From positions 245,687 to 309,686 of the forward strand of contig JAGXBC010000001.1 of NCBI GenBank assembly GCA_018971305.1: 64,000 nt of DNA. The letters run 5' to 3'. Position numbers and translations under genes: made by a program. The notes under the pieces are model-generated. The model was not told where the DNA came from, did not search any database, and worked only from the letters and a program-made list of their open reading frames with translations. Numbering within the stretch: the stretch's first letter is position 1; the number at the start of each line of letters is the position of its first letter. Origin of the DNA: Patescibacteria group bacterium (GTDB lineage: Bacteria; Patescibacteriota; Minisyncoccia; UBA6257; 2-01-FULL-56-20). Of the stretch, positions 63,893-64,000 are shown in pieces.

Positions 63893-64000
63893 TCAGATAT
63901 TCTATGCGCAAAATCAGATAAATTCAATTATTTTCTTGGGTGAATAATAACAGGATCTTTTATTCAATCGGGAATTTACGGCAGAGTTTTTTTACTAAAG

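Noticed and set aside
63596-63947. Plus-strand ORFs antisense to folD
   Set aside because: folD is clearly coding on the minus strand through this region.

Overview
This 64-kb window is from an AT-rich, compact bacterial chromosome with tightly packed genes. The gene content suggests Candidate Phyla Radiation (Patescibacteria): a short 4-domain S1, a membrane pyrophosphatase, a UbiA-fusion membrane protein, many VirB2/TrbC-like pilin paralogs and a Gram-positive-style VirB3/VirB4/VirB6 set. That lineage call is an inference.

Layout, left to right:
- 1-7.7 kb: a ruvC fragment, a class A PBP, and the canonical origin neighbourhood (dnaN<-dnaA | rpmH->rnpA->yidC->jag). The AT-rich dnaA/rpmH intergenic region carries DnaA-box-like motifs.
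- 7.7-20.6 kb: a ~12.9-kb co-directional minus-strand operon encoding a type-IV-secretion-like apparatus. It holds a VirB6/TrbL-like protein, a VirB3/PrgI-like protein, VirB4 split into an N-domain ORF plus an ATPase ORF, a pilin-fused Cys-rich protein, and secreted or membrane proteins with low-complexity tails. No relaxase or VirD4 is present in the window.
- 20.7-57.3 kb: housekeeping genes (ksgA, uvrD-like helicase, LysM-M23 peptidase, comM, DksA/TraR-like, yraN, nusA, hppA, clpP, tyrS, pnp, rpsO, xerC/D-like, PAP2, rpsA, HIT, gyrA, an ABC solute-binding protein) and a five-tRNA cluster interleaved with an EEP nuclease and an HNH-like gene.
- 57.4-62.9 kb: a second pilin locus on the plus strand with two large Cys-rich secreted proteins fused to a pilin domain in opposite orders, a membrane-anchored protein, and four tandem small pilin paralogs, each behind its own TGnTATAAT promoter.
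- 63.1-63.9 kb: folD.

The most notable features:
- The T4SS-like operon and the pilin array.
- A ~310-bp near-identical inverted repeat linking a pilin gene in each locus, which gives a shared pilin N-domain with swapped Cys-rich modules.
- A frameshift-prone 7-bp microsatellite inside ksgA.
- A GC-rich structured leader or sRNA with a consensus promoter and terminator upstream of rpsO.
- Palindromic operator-like repeats upstream of yraN.

No CRISPR array, rRNA or obvious transposase was found.
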